A stretch of 64,000 nt of DNA, taken from positions 310,001-374,000 of the forward strand of contig NGBS01001160.1 of NCBI GenBank assembly GCA_002245135.1, read 5' to 3'. A model generated the notes under the pieces. That model saw only the letters and a program-made list of their open reading frames with translations. It had not been told where the DNA came from and did no database searches. The first letter of the stretch is position 1; each line of letters opens with the position of its first letter. This DNA is from Proteromonas lacertae (lineage: Eukaryota). The translations under genes were made by a program, and so were the position numbers. Of the stretch, positions 27,902-38,752 are shown piece by piece.

Positions 27902-27974
27902 TGGTGGGGGCGGGGCTCGAACCCGCGACCTTTGGCTCATAAGACCAAAGCTCTACCGACTGAGCTACTCCACC
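27902..27974 (-). tRNA. tRNA-Ile(UAU), intronless
   Basis: GGTGGAGTAGCTCAGTCGGTAGAGC-TTTGGT-CTTATGA-GCCAAAGGTC-GCGGGTTCGAGCCCCGC-CCCCACCA folds as a cloverleaf with anticodon TAT. T-run terminator downstream. Confidence 0.95.
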
Positions 27975-28031
27975 TTCTAATCATTTTTTAAAAATTGCAT
28001 ATTTATAATATTCACTGAATAAAAGAAGAAT

Positions 28032-28923
28032 ATGGATCTTTCGCAATCAAAAGAAAACGATCATGTTAGAGATTGTATTGACAATATTGTGATGTGTACT
28101 AACCCTGTGCATATGAATAAAACTATTTCGTTCTTTGGAACAGCGAATTATAAACTTAGAGCATATTATCTACAGTTACATGATGAACCTCTGGTTGAGA
28201 TGAATGATCCTGATGATGATAAGTTTTTTATTGCTTGTCCATACAATCAAGAGAATAATAGTTTCCGTTCTCCTTGGTCTTGTAAATATTATCCAGAACA
28301 AGCTAAAGAATATTATATACCCCCAGCAAAAATAAGAGAAGAAGAGATTCAAGCAAATACTTTGTTTGAAAAGTATGTTAAGCAGTATTATGGTAATGCA
28401 ACATCATCTGTGTATTATTGGCTTTCAGGTGGATACAAGTTTCAAGCTGCTTTTTTAGTTCACAAAAGTATAGTTTTTAAGTCCATCATTGTATTATTAT
28501 ATAGAAACTGATTTAGGTTGTTGGGATTCTATTCATATATGTGAAAAACAAGCTGAAAAAGCAGGAAAAGAAAGTAGATATGAAGTATCTTCATCTGTTA
28601 TTCTCACAATTCGCAAAGACAATTTTGATTATAATATATACTATCATAAACATACTAAATCCAATTATCCAGTAGAAAAATCGACACTCTCTTGTTTAGG
28701 TGAAATGATCGAAATATCTGAGAATAATATACGTTCACAGATTGATGGCGTGTATTTCTCAAGAACTCATTCATTCTTAACAAAATTACACAAACAACCA
28801 AAGAAGAAGAAGATTCCAGTAGGTGGTGTTTCAATGTTTGGTATGATGGGAATGGGTGGTGGTGGTGGTGCACCAAATGGATTGGCGGAATTATTAGCTG
28901 CTAGAAGAAATAAGAATGGATAA
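28032..28923 (+). CDS. CAPZB: F-actin capping protein beta subunit
   Basis: FIACPYNQENNSFRSPWSCKYYP, YYGNATSSVYYW, WDSIH, LGEMIEISEN. One short intron near 28468-28504. Confidence 0.88.
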
Positions 28924-29056
28924 GAAAAAATGTAATTGTTTGTTGTTATTATTATCAAGAAATTTTATATACTTTTTAGATATATATACTCTAAATTGTG
29001 TTTTTTTGAATTGATCAATATAAACAAAATTAACATTCAAAAATAGAATATAACCA

Positions 29057-29655
29057 TTATATCAATTTAGGGAAATCAACTTTTTGACCATTTATTTGTA
29101 AACTTTGACCAGCTAAACTTCTTTTCACATTTGCTTCAAAACTACTCTTATCATTCAATAATTCCATTCCTGCTTCTCGATTCAATGGATCTTCAGGATT
29201 TGGTTCATAGAATAAAAATAATAAACCAAATACTACAGCATATAAGTCATTCACAGGATTCCACTCTTTTCGTAAGATATTTAAACATACATTACCTTGT
29301 AAATCGATATTCGGATGATAAACTTTTGTTTCACATATCACTTTTGGAGGGTCATAAGGGTAAGTTTCAGGAATTGTACAACTGAATTTATATCTACTAA
29401 TTAACACTTTAATTATACGTAGCTTTATTCCAAAGACCATTCTGGGGAGTTATATACATCATTAAACTCAAAGGATTCTCTTTGTTTGGCAGTTCAACTC
29501 GACCAAAATCAAGATGGTCAACAGTCGTTAAATCTATTTCAGTATATTATATCAAACACATTTATACCACTCATCACTCTACTAATTGCAGTTTTGGCTG
29601 TTGATCTCCCAGCATTTGCACCACGACCTCTTCCTTTAGATGCTGTTGTCCACAT
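29057..29655 (-). CDS. UBE2M: NEDD8-conjugating E2 (Ubc12/UBE2M)
   Basis: YPYDPPKVICETKVYHPNIDLQGNVCLNILRKEWNPV...LFYEPNPEDPLN. Basic N-terminal extension. Two short introns. Confidence 0.88.
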
Positions 29656-29849
29656 TATTATAATTTCAAAGAATTAATAAATAATATGCAAAAATAGAGA
29701 AGTTAATGTAAATTTAAAAAAATCAGATTAGAATTTCAAATCTGGTTTGATTAATTGTGAAACGAACAAATATTTAACAAATTAAAAATAGAACGAACTA
29801 GTTAACTTATGTTTTTATTTAAATATTGCTAATGACAAGAAGGCCAAAA

Positions 29850-30920
29850 TTACATATCACAATGATATTTAACTACATCTAATGATTTTTCACTGTATGA
29901 GTGTATTATTGGAGGAATACTTCCATCAATATTATAAATAGTATTATTCACTGGTACTGCGTAAGATTTAACATCGAAACGAACTTCAAGATGTAAAGTC
30001 CAAGCAACACCAAAGCCATTTAAACTAACATAAAGAGGAAGAGTTGAAAAATCATATAAATACAACATTAGATTAAATAATGCTTGATCAGTAGTTTTAA
30101 AATATCTTTTTAACATAAAATTAACCAGTTTATTATAAAAATATGTTATTTCTTTTTCACTACCATAGATTGCACCTCCATTTATCAATGCATTATCTAA
30201 ATATTTATATGCATATTTAAATCCATATAACCATACTATATCATAATACGAATTAGCCATTTTAAAGTTGTATGTTTGTTCTACTAAATATACTCCTTCT
30301 CCTATATTCCAATCAAAGGGATTTGCTTGGAAATAGATATCTCTCACATCACAACTTAGATAATATTTGTATTTATAACCATATATATTTAACCAAATGT
30401 TGATTAAATACAATCTTATAGTTGAGTATTTATTATAATAATCTCCCTCATTTATGTGTGATAGAATATAAGAAGAATTTACTGGATATTTGGTATTATT
30501 TTGAGAATAATAAGGAAATGATTTTGTTAAATTAACATATTCTATTGAATATTTTCTCAAAAAATGAAAACTTTCTTCTTTACTATTTTCATCAATTAAC
30601 AATAAAACATCTCCTTTATAATATCTTCTTAAACTCATTATAAAATATTCATATTTATCATATTCATATCCTAAAGCTACACCTATCACAATTGAATTGT
30701 AAATGGCATTATATTTCCTTTCTTCATATTCTAAATATTTTGCATGCATTTTGCTTTCATTTTCACTTTGAATATGGATTTTTACTTCATCTTGAGTAGG
30801 ATATTTTGGTATTGAAAATTTGTATGGCTTTATTATTTCATATTCTACATATTCGTACAAATAACATTCAACTGGATAAATTATATAGAAAAAAATCAAA
30901 TATACATAAATAAATTGCAT
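29850..30920 (-). CDS. Secreted/type II GT-A-like glycosyltransferase (paralog of 57604..58698)
   Basis: Intronless, hydrophobic N-terminus, FIMSLRRYYKGD, CDVRDIYFQANPF (DxxD), NGGAIYG, TDQALFN, IIHSY. Confidence 0.75.
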   Translation of the reverse strand: MQFIYVYLIFFYIIYPVECYLYEYVEYEIIKPYKFSIPKYPTQDEVKIHIQSENESKMHAKYLEYEERKYNAIYNSIVIGVALGYEYDKYEYFIMSLRRYYKGDVLLLIDENSKEESFHFLRKYSIEYVNLTKSFPYYSQNNTKYPVNSSYILSHINEGDYYNKYSTIRLYLINIWLNIYGYKYKYYLSCDVRDIYFQANPFDWNIGEGVYLVEQTYNFKMANSYYDIVWLYGFKYAYKYLDNALINGGAIYGSEKEITYFYNKLVNFMLKRYFKTTDQALFNLMLYLYDFSTLPLYVSLNGFGVAWTLHLEVRFDVKSYAVPVNNTIYNIDGSIPPIIHSYSEKSLDVVKYHCDM

Positions 30921-31002
30921 TTTTAATAATTTATGAAACGGGTATATTTTTAATCATTAGTTTAAAGCCACATATAAATATATTAAATTATTAACAGACA
31001 GA

Positions 31003-32031
31003 TTAATTCATAAAATCATTTACTCTCTTTATTATAAAGTCTGTAAAATTATTCATGTCATTAAAATTTTCAACCATTTTCTTTTTGTTACAAGTAATAT
31101 TAATATTAATTTTGAATTTCAAATAATAGTTCCCATTTTCATGTGACACAAATGCATAATTTATCAATTTCAAATATCCAGAGAATCTTTTATCAGGATG
31201 TTTTCCTGATATATATATGACAGGTGTATTCATCGATATACAGGGTAAAATCGTGTGTAAATTACTTGTTAAAACCAAAGTTGATTTTTCATATATTTTT
31301 AATAATCTATATGCTTCATTGAATCTATCATAATGAGCGGTAGAATGTTTGAAATTCTTATTTAAATACATTATTTCACTAAAGTTGTAATACTTTAATA
31401 CTCTTTCATTCAAAAAATCCCATATTACATTTCCATCAATACAATTATCACAATTAACAATACATAATATTGTATCATTGATTTTATTTGCATAGTTATG
31501 ATATGATAAGCCCAACGTAAGTGTTAGACATCCACTAAAATATGCTTTGATTCCTAACGATTTTAGATAATTCATTGTTGATATATCTCTACAACCTATT
31601 GGTTCATGTTTTCTTAAATACCATAATGAAGAGTTGAATTTTTTATGTTGATTATCAATATGATAAGAAATATATAAAGGCATAATTCTCTCGGATGGAA
31701 AATATGTAGAATTTTGTAGATTCCACCATGCATTCATTATCATTTTAACTGGAGGACCATTATAATATCTAATAAAATCTCTATCAATATATATAACTTG
31801 CTTTCTACCACAAAAATATAACGAAGCAATAGATTGTATATAATCACCTAAATTTACATAATCAAATCCAGAATAAACAGAATCATACTCTTCTGTTTTA
31901 TCATCTCCATATTTGTATATCATTATTCCACAATATTCTTTGTTACTATCGCTATAATAATTTTCCTTACACTCAATACACTTTAGAATGATGAGAAAAA
32001 TGAGAATAAATTTTGAATGAAACGGATTCAT
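31003..32031 (-). CDS. Polysaccharide pyruvyltransferase family protein
   Basis: Intronless. NLGDYIQSIA, EPIGCRDISTM, YFSGCLTLTL and VLTSNLHTILPCISMNTPV match bacterial PS_pyruv_trans-type motifs. Signal-like N-terminus. Confidence 0.88.
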   Translation of the reverse strand: MNPFHSKFILIFLIILKCIECKENYYSDSNKEYCGIMIYKYGDDKTEEYDSVYSGFDYVNLGDYIQSIASLYFCGRKQVIYIDRDFIRYYNGPPVKMIMNAWWNLQNSTYFPSERIMPLYISYHIDNQHKKFNSSLWYLRKHEPIGCRDISTMNYLKSLGIKAYFSGCLTLTLGLSYHNYANKINDTILCIVNCDNCIDGNVIWDFLNERVLKYYNFSEIMYLNKNFKHSTAHYDRFNEAYRLLKIYEKSTLVLTSNLHTILPCISMNTPVIYISGKHPDKRFSGYLKLINYAFVSHENGNYYLKFKININITCNKKKMVENFNDMNNFTDFIIKRVNDFMN

Positions 32032-32040
32032 TTTATTGTA

Positions 32041-33267
32041 AATTGGGATGGCAATTTCATTCTATTCACTTTTGTTTTGGTTGTTTATATTCAATTTTAC
32101 ATACTGTTATAATGTTGACATTCCTGACAAGATTATAATAACAGCTGACTCAAATGTGTTTAAAATGGTAGAAAACTTCTATAATGAAGTGATATTGAAG
32201 TTTAAAGTTCCAAATTTTAGTGTGATAGTATGGAATAATTCATCCTATGAATTTTATAAAAAACACAAAATTCCAGTCGAAAACTCTCCAATTCCTACAG
32301 ATGATACAACAGCATATATTTAGTCATATGAAAAAACGTTTGTGATTAAATCAAAATTACGGAATGAGATAATCTTATATTATTTAAAACAAAATTTAAC
32401 AATATTAAACATGGATTCTGATTTATTCTTCTATAGAAATCCTTTAGAATTACTAAACTATATAAATGTTGATGATGATATAGTTTATCAATGTGATAAT
32501 CCTCCTTTGTGTAATGAGATGTGTTATGGATTATTTTATGTAAAACCATCAAAACCATCAATTAAACTATTTGAAAGAACAATAAATCTGGGAAAGATAA
32601 GTCTGCTTACTATGATTTATTCAGAACAACGATTGATGAATTTATTACTGAAATATGGTAGAATTGCAAATTTGAAATATTCAACGTTTTCTAAAGATGT
32701 TTTCCCTCAAGGTAATGAATATTTTGATGGTTTAGGAGTATTTGTAGATGATAAAAATATTCGAAATGTGATTGGATTTCATAATCATCATATTGCTGGT
32801 AGTCATTCCAAAATCTATCGATTTAAAGGAATTGGGAGTATGGAAGAATGATGAGAATGAATATTATTCATCAAAAACAAGAAAATATATAAAATATTCA
32901 ACAATAATTAAATCAAATTATAAAAGTGATTATGAATTATTGATGATATATTTAATGAATTTAGGAAAAGAGTTAAATCGAACAATAATATTTCCTAGAT
33001 TTAGTCATAGTATAAATAATGAAAGATATATTACAAATTTTATAAATTTTTGGAATATGAAATACTTTGAAGAAAGATATGGATTAAACTATCGAGAGAA
33101 TATATCTTTTTTGTTGTTTAATATAAATAAATAGAATAGTTTAGTTAATATTTGAAAGTATTTCTATTGAATGAATTAGTTCCAAAAGAAGTGAAAGAGA
33201 ATGTGAAAGAAATTTGTGATGAAAATGTAGATGAAATGAAATTATTAAATTCGTATTCAGTTTTATC
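32041..33267 (+). repeat. Direct repeat copy 1 (~1.2 kb), near-identical to 42244..43471
   Basis: Long identical stretches from aattggg upstream of the ATG to tcagttttatc. Confidence 0.95.
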
Positions 33268-33367
33268 AATAAATTATGTTATAAGAACTATCTCTGTTGA
33301 AGTAGTAAATAATTATATACATTATCTGTTGAAAGACAATATTTGGCAATATAGTTATATTTTCTAA
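32048..33367 (+). CDS. Nucleotide-diphospho-sugar transferase (GT77-like), copy 1; interrupted
   Basis: LNMDSDLFFYRNP (DxD), CYGLFY, SEQ, FHNH, KIYRFKELGVW. In-frame TAG at 32321-32323 and frameshift near 32828. Putative AT-AA intron 33102-33157. Confidence 0.75.
33102..33157 (+). other. Putative U12-type intron, AT-AA termini (56 nt)
   Basis: ATATCTTTT...TTAGTTAAT...GAAA|GTA joins REN to VFLLNELVP. The intron contains an in-frame stop. Confidence 0.7.
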
Positions 33368-33530
33368 ATGTTGTAATTTGTTGAGATAAAAATTGGCAGA
33401 AGGTATTTCTATTTATTTTAATCAAATAATGTTATTTATTAATAGTTTTTCATTCAATTTATTGAATTATTCATTTTTAAAACATTCTGAAACGGATAAT
33501 TTTTATTATAATTTGGAACTTTTTGTTTTA

Positions 33531-34413
33531 ATGAATTGCTTTGTTTGTATTACTCTATTTATATTAGTACAAGCAACAGATATGTGGATTCCAAATCCTG
33601 TTAATTATAGTATTATAACAGAAGTAGAAGTTAAAGATAGAGGTTATGAAGAAGTAGAATTTCTAGTTAAACTTACCGACACTATTTATGAATATGATAA
33701 AGATTCTCGAAATTACCCGATAATATTAGATGTAGGAGCAAATATAGGAAATTTCACAATAGGAGTTGCACCATTATATTCAAATGCCAAAATCTATTCA
33801 TTTGAGCCATTCAAGTTAAGTTTAGACGTTCTTGTAGATAGAACTAGAGATTATGCAAATGTTGAAGTTGTAAATGAAGCTGTGAGTAATATAACCATAA
33901 TAAATCAACCATTTTATTCATTAACACATTGGACAACTCCTAAAAATACAATATCGTCCTTATTAGATAATCAACCAGGATTTCGAGTTAGTGATTATGC
34001 CAACCTAACCACCTTATCTGATTTTATGAATAGAAAAAGTATAAATAAATATGTTGTAATGAAATATAGATATATCAAAGATATTTTTCATAAAAATAGA
34101 CACAGAAGGTTATGATGGAACAATATTGGAAAACAGTATGAATTTATTCTATGAACATAAAATCAAATATTTATATTTCGAATATGGTAGTATGTGGCCA
34201 GTAGTAAATCCAAATATAAATGTTTTTAGTATTGTAAATGAACTAAAATCAGCTGGATATAATCTTTATTATGAAAGTAAGAATCATTTCATTCCTTTAT
34301 ATGATAAAGTATATTTTAATTATATGAACTATTGTAACATTCTTGCAATTTTAAGAGGTGAATCATTTGAAAGAAAAATGATGAATCGCTTATGTAAATT
34401 CTGTAAATATTGA
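33531..34413 (+). CDS. FkbM-family (Methyltransf_21) SAM methyltransferase, secreted/type II
   Basis: ILDVGANIG, IYSFEP, and FIKIDTEGYD after a 31-nt intron (34039-34069), then YLYFEYG. Hydrophobic N-terminus. Confidence 0.88.
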
Positions 34414-34659
34414 AGAATATGTTTATATAATGAAATATATTATTGTCCTATTGACTTTGTTGATGAAATTCTCTTTCTACCACAATATCATAATAATGAT
34501 CGAAATAATTTCTTTTTTACTTACACTCAACATCTTTCAGTAAGATGAAAAACTCGAAAATCTTCTGTTGTATTTGTTTACATTTGGTTTGAAGAATATT
34601 TTTTTAATTTTTGTCATTTACAGTAATTTACATCAAAAATCTATTTCTTTAATTCTTGA

Positions 34660-35571
34660 ATGAATAAGAGGATATATTATTTGAAAGATGTTATAAATCC
34701 TGATGAGGAGGTGAGGCAGTCAGCTACGAAGAAGCTAAGAAATTTTATGGAAGTTACTAGTAGTTATTCTAGCCAGAGAAGAAGTAATGAAGATACGTGA
34801 AGATATATCAAGTGAATTAGTGACTCTTACTAATAGTAGTGATTATTATAAAAATCTAGGGGCTCTATGTGCAATTAAGGCATTATTGGATTTTTGTGAT
34901 CATTCCAACATTATTCCATATGCTAATTATGTTAAAAATATAATACTAAATGGAAATTCAACAACAGATCATCACTCAATAAATGAGTTTGCATGTGATG
35001 TATTGGGAGAACTTTTAACCAAATTCAGTGAGAATTTAATCGATTTTACTAATGAATACACACTTTCATCAATTCGTGATTTGAAAGAAGCAACAACTAA
35101 GAAAAAGCAGTATAATTCATTATGGCTTTTAAAGACATTTATTCAAAATTGCCCTTCACTATTCTATAACCAATTACCTTCATTTTTAAACAACATAACT
35201 AAACCATTAACGGATAATAATTCAGATATAAGAATAACTGCAGGAAAAACACTTTCATGTGTGGAAAAGCTACTAATTGAAAGACCAATCACAATAGAGA
35301 TAGAGAATTATTTCCAAATTATATACGATTTAGGATTAAACTTCAGTAATATAGCTTCATCATTAGAAATGACACATTCTTCATTATTAATATGGAAATG
35401 TCAAATAGAAAATAAAATACCAATTGTTTATAATCACTATGATATAATGTGTGATAATATATTGAAATATGCAGGTCATGCTAATCCACTGGTAAGAGAA
35501 ACAATTGTAGAATTAATTCCGTATTTGGCTGAATTAAATCCTGATTTGTTTTTAACTTATTATGAATCATC

Positions 35572-35610
<39 letters not shown>

Positions 35611-38600
35611 TATGTATATTTGAATAGTATTAATTTAATTATGTTTTCATTAAAGTATTCTGTTGATCCTACACTGATTTATATTTCATTTGGTAAATTG
35701 CTATTATTATTACCTATGAAATTACAACAACCAATGATGATAGAAAGAAAACCAAATATAAATGTTATAATAAAGTTTTTACAACATATTAAATCTGCAA
35801 TAAAAGAACGAAAGTAATATATATTATTATCATTATTGTTATTTAGATCATATTTTGAAGGAGCATTACAAAGTCTAGAGTTATTCAGTAAATCACCAGT
35901 ATCATCACAATATATTCATACTTTTATACCATTAGTATATATATATTTATTTATTTATTATCTATAGTTTACTGAATTACCTTTATCTACTGAATTAATA
36001 TCAACTCTCTGTGTAATAAGTACTAATATTCCATCTATCAAGAAAAGTATTGAAATGTTATTAATTGAAAGATTATCTCGTGTATTAGTACCTATTGATA
36101 TGAATAATCATTCAAAAATTGGATTTTCATCAAATTCTAACACTCAGAATGATATTTCTATTTGTTTGCATACTTTAAAGACATTTCCATTTAGTGAACT
36201 TGATAATATATTATACATGCAGAAAATACAACAATATTTAATATATAATGATTGGAAAATACGAAAATCAGCAGCTTTAGCTATTATAAAGTTGTATATA
36301 ATAGATAAAAACAGTGATAATCCAAGTCAAGATTTGAAAACAATCATGTTTAATATAATAAAATATTTAATTCCATTAGCTTGTACTGATCCAGAAGGTG
36401 ATATTAAATATGTGTTATTAAAAGAGTTAAACAATCCAAAATTCTACAGTTACTTAGTGCAAAGAGAATATAATATTCCTTTATTCCAAACAATCCAAGA
36501 TGATGATTTAACCGTCAGATTATTAGGTTTACATATTATTGAGAAATTACTACCAATTAATCCATTATATATGATCATACATATAAGAAGGTTATTACAT
36601 CAATTATCTTCAGAAATCCAATGTAATATTCAAGGATTAGAAAAAGAAACAACTATAACATTATTAGGAGAAATTATAAAGTCTTGTTCTGCTTATGTTC
36701 ATCCTTATTGTCAACCAATTTATTATATAATGACGAAACAGTTGGAAATATCTGAAAGAGGACCAACAATTACTGTAATATTGAATGTATTGGAGAATAT
36801 ATTGAAGATTGGATATGTTAATATATCTGATACATTTGAAGGATTATTCAGTAAAGCGATTGATTGTTTAAGGAAACAAATATCCAATGAAACAAGTGCA
36901 GCTGCTTTGAGAGTGATTATACAGATTACAATTAAAGAAAAGTATTTATAATTATTGTATTATATAATATTGTATAGTTTTGTAATAAAACCATATTACG
37001 ATTATGAAGACTTCTATCCGTTGTTATTGACAATAGCAAAAAGTTCAAAATATGATTTAAAATTAAGAACATTAGCTGTTACAGTATTAGGTAAGTTAGG
37101 TTTATTAGATCCATACAAATATTCATTATTAGTTGATAAACAAACAACAGAATCAATAGAAATTGATTATTTATCTGCAATATCACCAGTAAAGAAAGAA
37201 GCAATTTATACTGAAGTGATTATAAAGAGTTTATTGAAGTTATTAAAAGACAATTCAGTTTGTTCACATCATCATGAAGTGTTACAATCGTTTAGATTGA
37301 TATTTACAACGATGCCAAAAAGGTATATATAATATATATATTATATATTTACATATTAATAGATGTGAATCTTATTGGAATATTATATTTCCAGCATTAA
37401 TAGAGTTTGGTAATACATGTTTAGAATCAACAAGACCTCAACTATTCCAACTGTTTAGACATTTATTCGTTACAGAACCTATTGTTTCTAGAAGTTATTT
37501 ATCTTCACTGTATGAATTATTCTTTAAATATTGGAATAATACTATCAAAGAATGTTGTGAGTGTATAGTTGATACTTATAAAGTGTTACATTGTGATTTA
37601 TCCATTCATGCAAATAGAATTATTCAGTTATTACAAGAAACTTTAGAAAGTGATAATTCTCCAAACAGAATCACTTCTATTGAGTTATTAAACCTTATTC
37701 ATCCATTGATAAAGACATTATACTCCATAAATTGTGTTGTTTTATTATCACCATTGAAATACATTGAGATGAATATTAATTCATTAAAACCACCCTATTT
37801 AATAGCTCATTTAGGAGTAGTGAATGAATTATGTGAATATGAAGGAGTTGAAAGACATGCTATTTATATAGTTGAAGTGTTACTTACAATAATTGAGAAA
37901 ACAACTTCTAATGAAGTGGTAAAACAGGTAATGGAGTGTTTTATGCAATTAATTTATAATTTGAAAGAGAAATTTTATCTTTTTATTGATTCTATTGACA
38001 GAATATTAAAAAGAAGAAATATAATATACAAACCATATTCAGATTTAGCTGAAACAGTAAAACGAAGAGAAGTTATAATAAAACCACAATTAGTTAAACC
38101 AATACCAAGTGATACAGTATCTAAAAAAGAAACAAAGAAACAGAATCATTTCTTAAATTATCAAAAGTTATATGATGCATGGGTTTGTACTAATAAAGCT
38201 ACACCAGTATAATATATATATATAATATTTTATTTATTTATTCATTTTATAGTCTGATTTTACACATTGGTTAAAGAATGTTCATATGACATTTCTCTCT
38301 GAAAGTCCACAGCCATTATTTCGTTTATGTAGAATCAGTTATTATCCATTTGCAAGAGATATGTTTTTTCTTACATTTGATGCATGTTGGGATCAGTTAG
38401 ATATTCCGCAGAAACAACAATTTAGAGAACAAATAAAGTATCTATTTAGCTGTTCAACTGTACCAAATGATGTATTGATAAATTTATTATCTTTATTGGA
38501 GTATTTTAATAGAACAGATAGGGTATATTACTTTCTATATATTACTCTATTATATAGCAATTATTAATTGAACAGCAAACTATTGTTGATAAAGCAATTC

Positions 38601-38714
38601 AAGCCAAATCAAATGAAAAAGCAGTGAAATGTGCAGAGCAGTTATTCTTAGAGAATCATAATAATGTTGATTCATTAATATTTTTATATAATCAATTGAA
38701 TTATACTGATTCTG

Positions 38715-38752
<38 letters not shown>

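Noticed and set aside
32321..32323. Stop-codon reassignment or readthrough of the in-frame TAG
   Set aside because: It is a single instance in an already frameshifted duplicate, and TAG, TAA and TGA all terminate other genes normally.
29850..34413. Bacterial contamination or chimeric assembly as the source of the glycan island
   Set aside because: The genes share host AT content and promoter motifs, carry signal peptides, and two contain spliceosomal introns.
35573..38750. (TA)n tracts at 35573-35606 and 38719-38750, and similar ones elsewhere
   Set aside because: Simple microsatellite expansions inside ordinary GT-AG introns.
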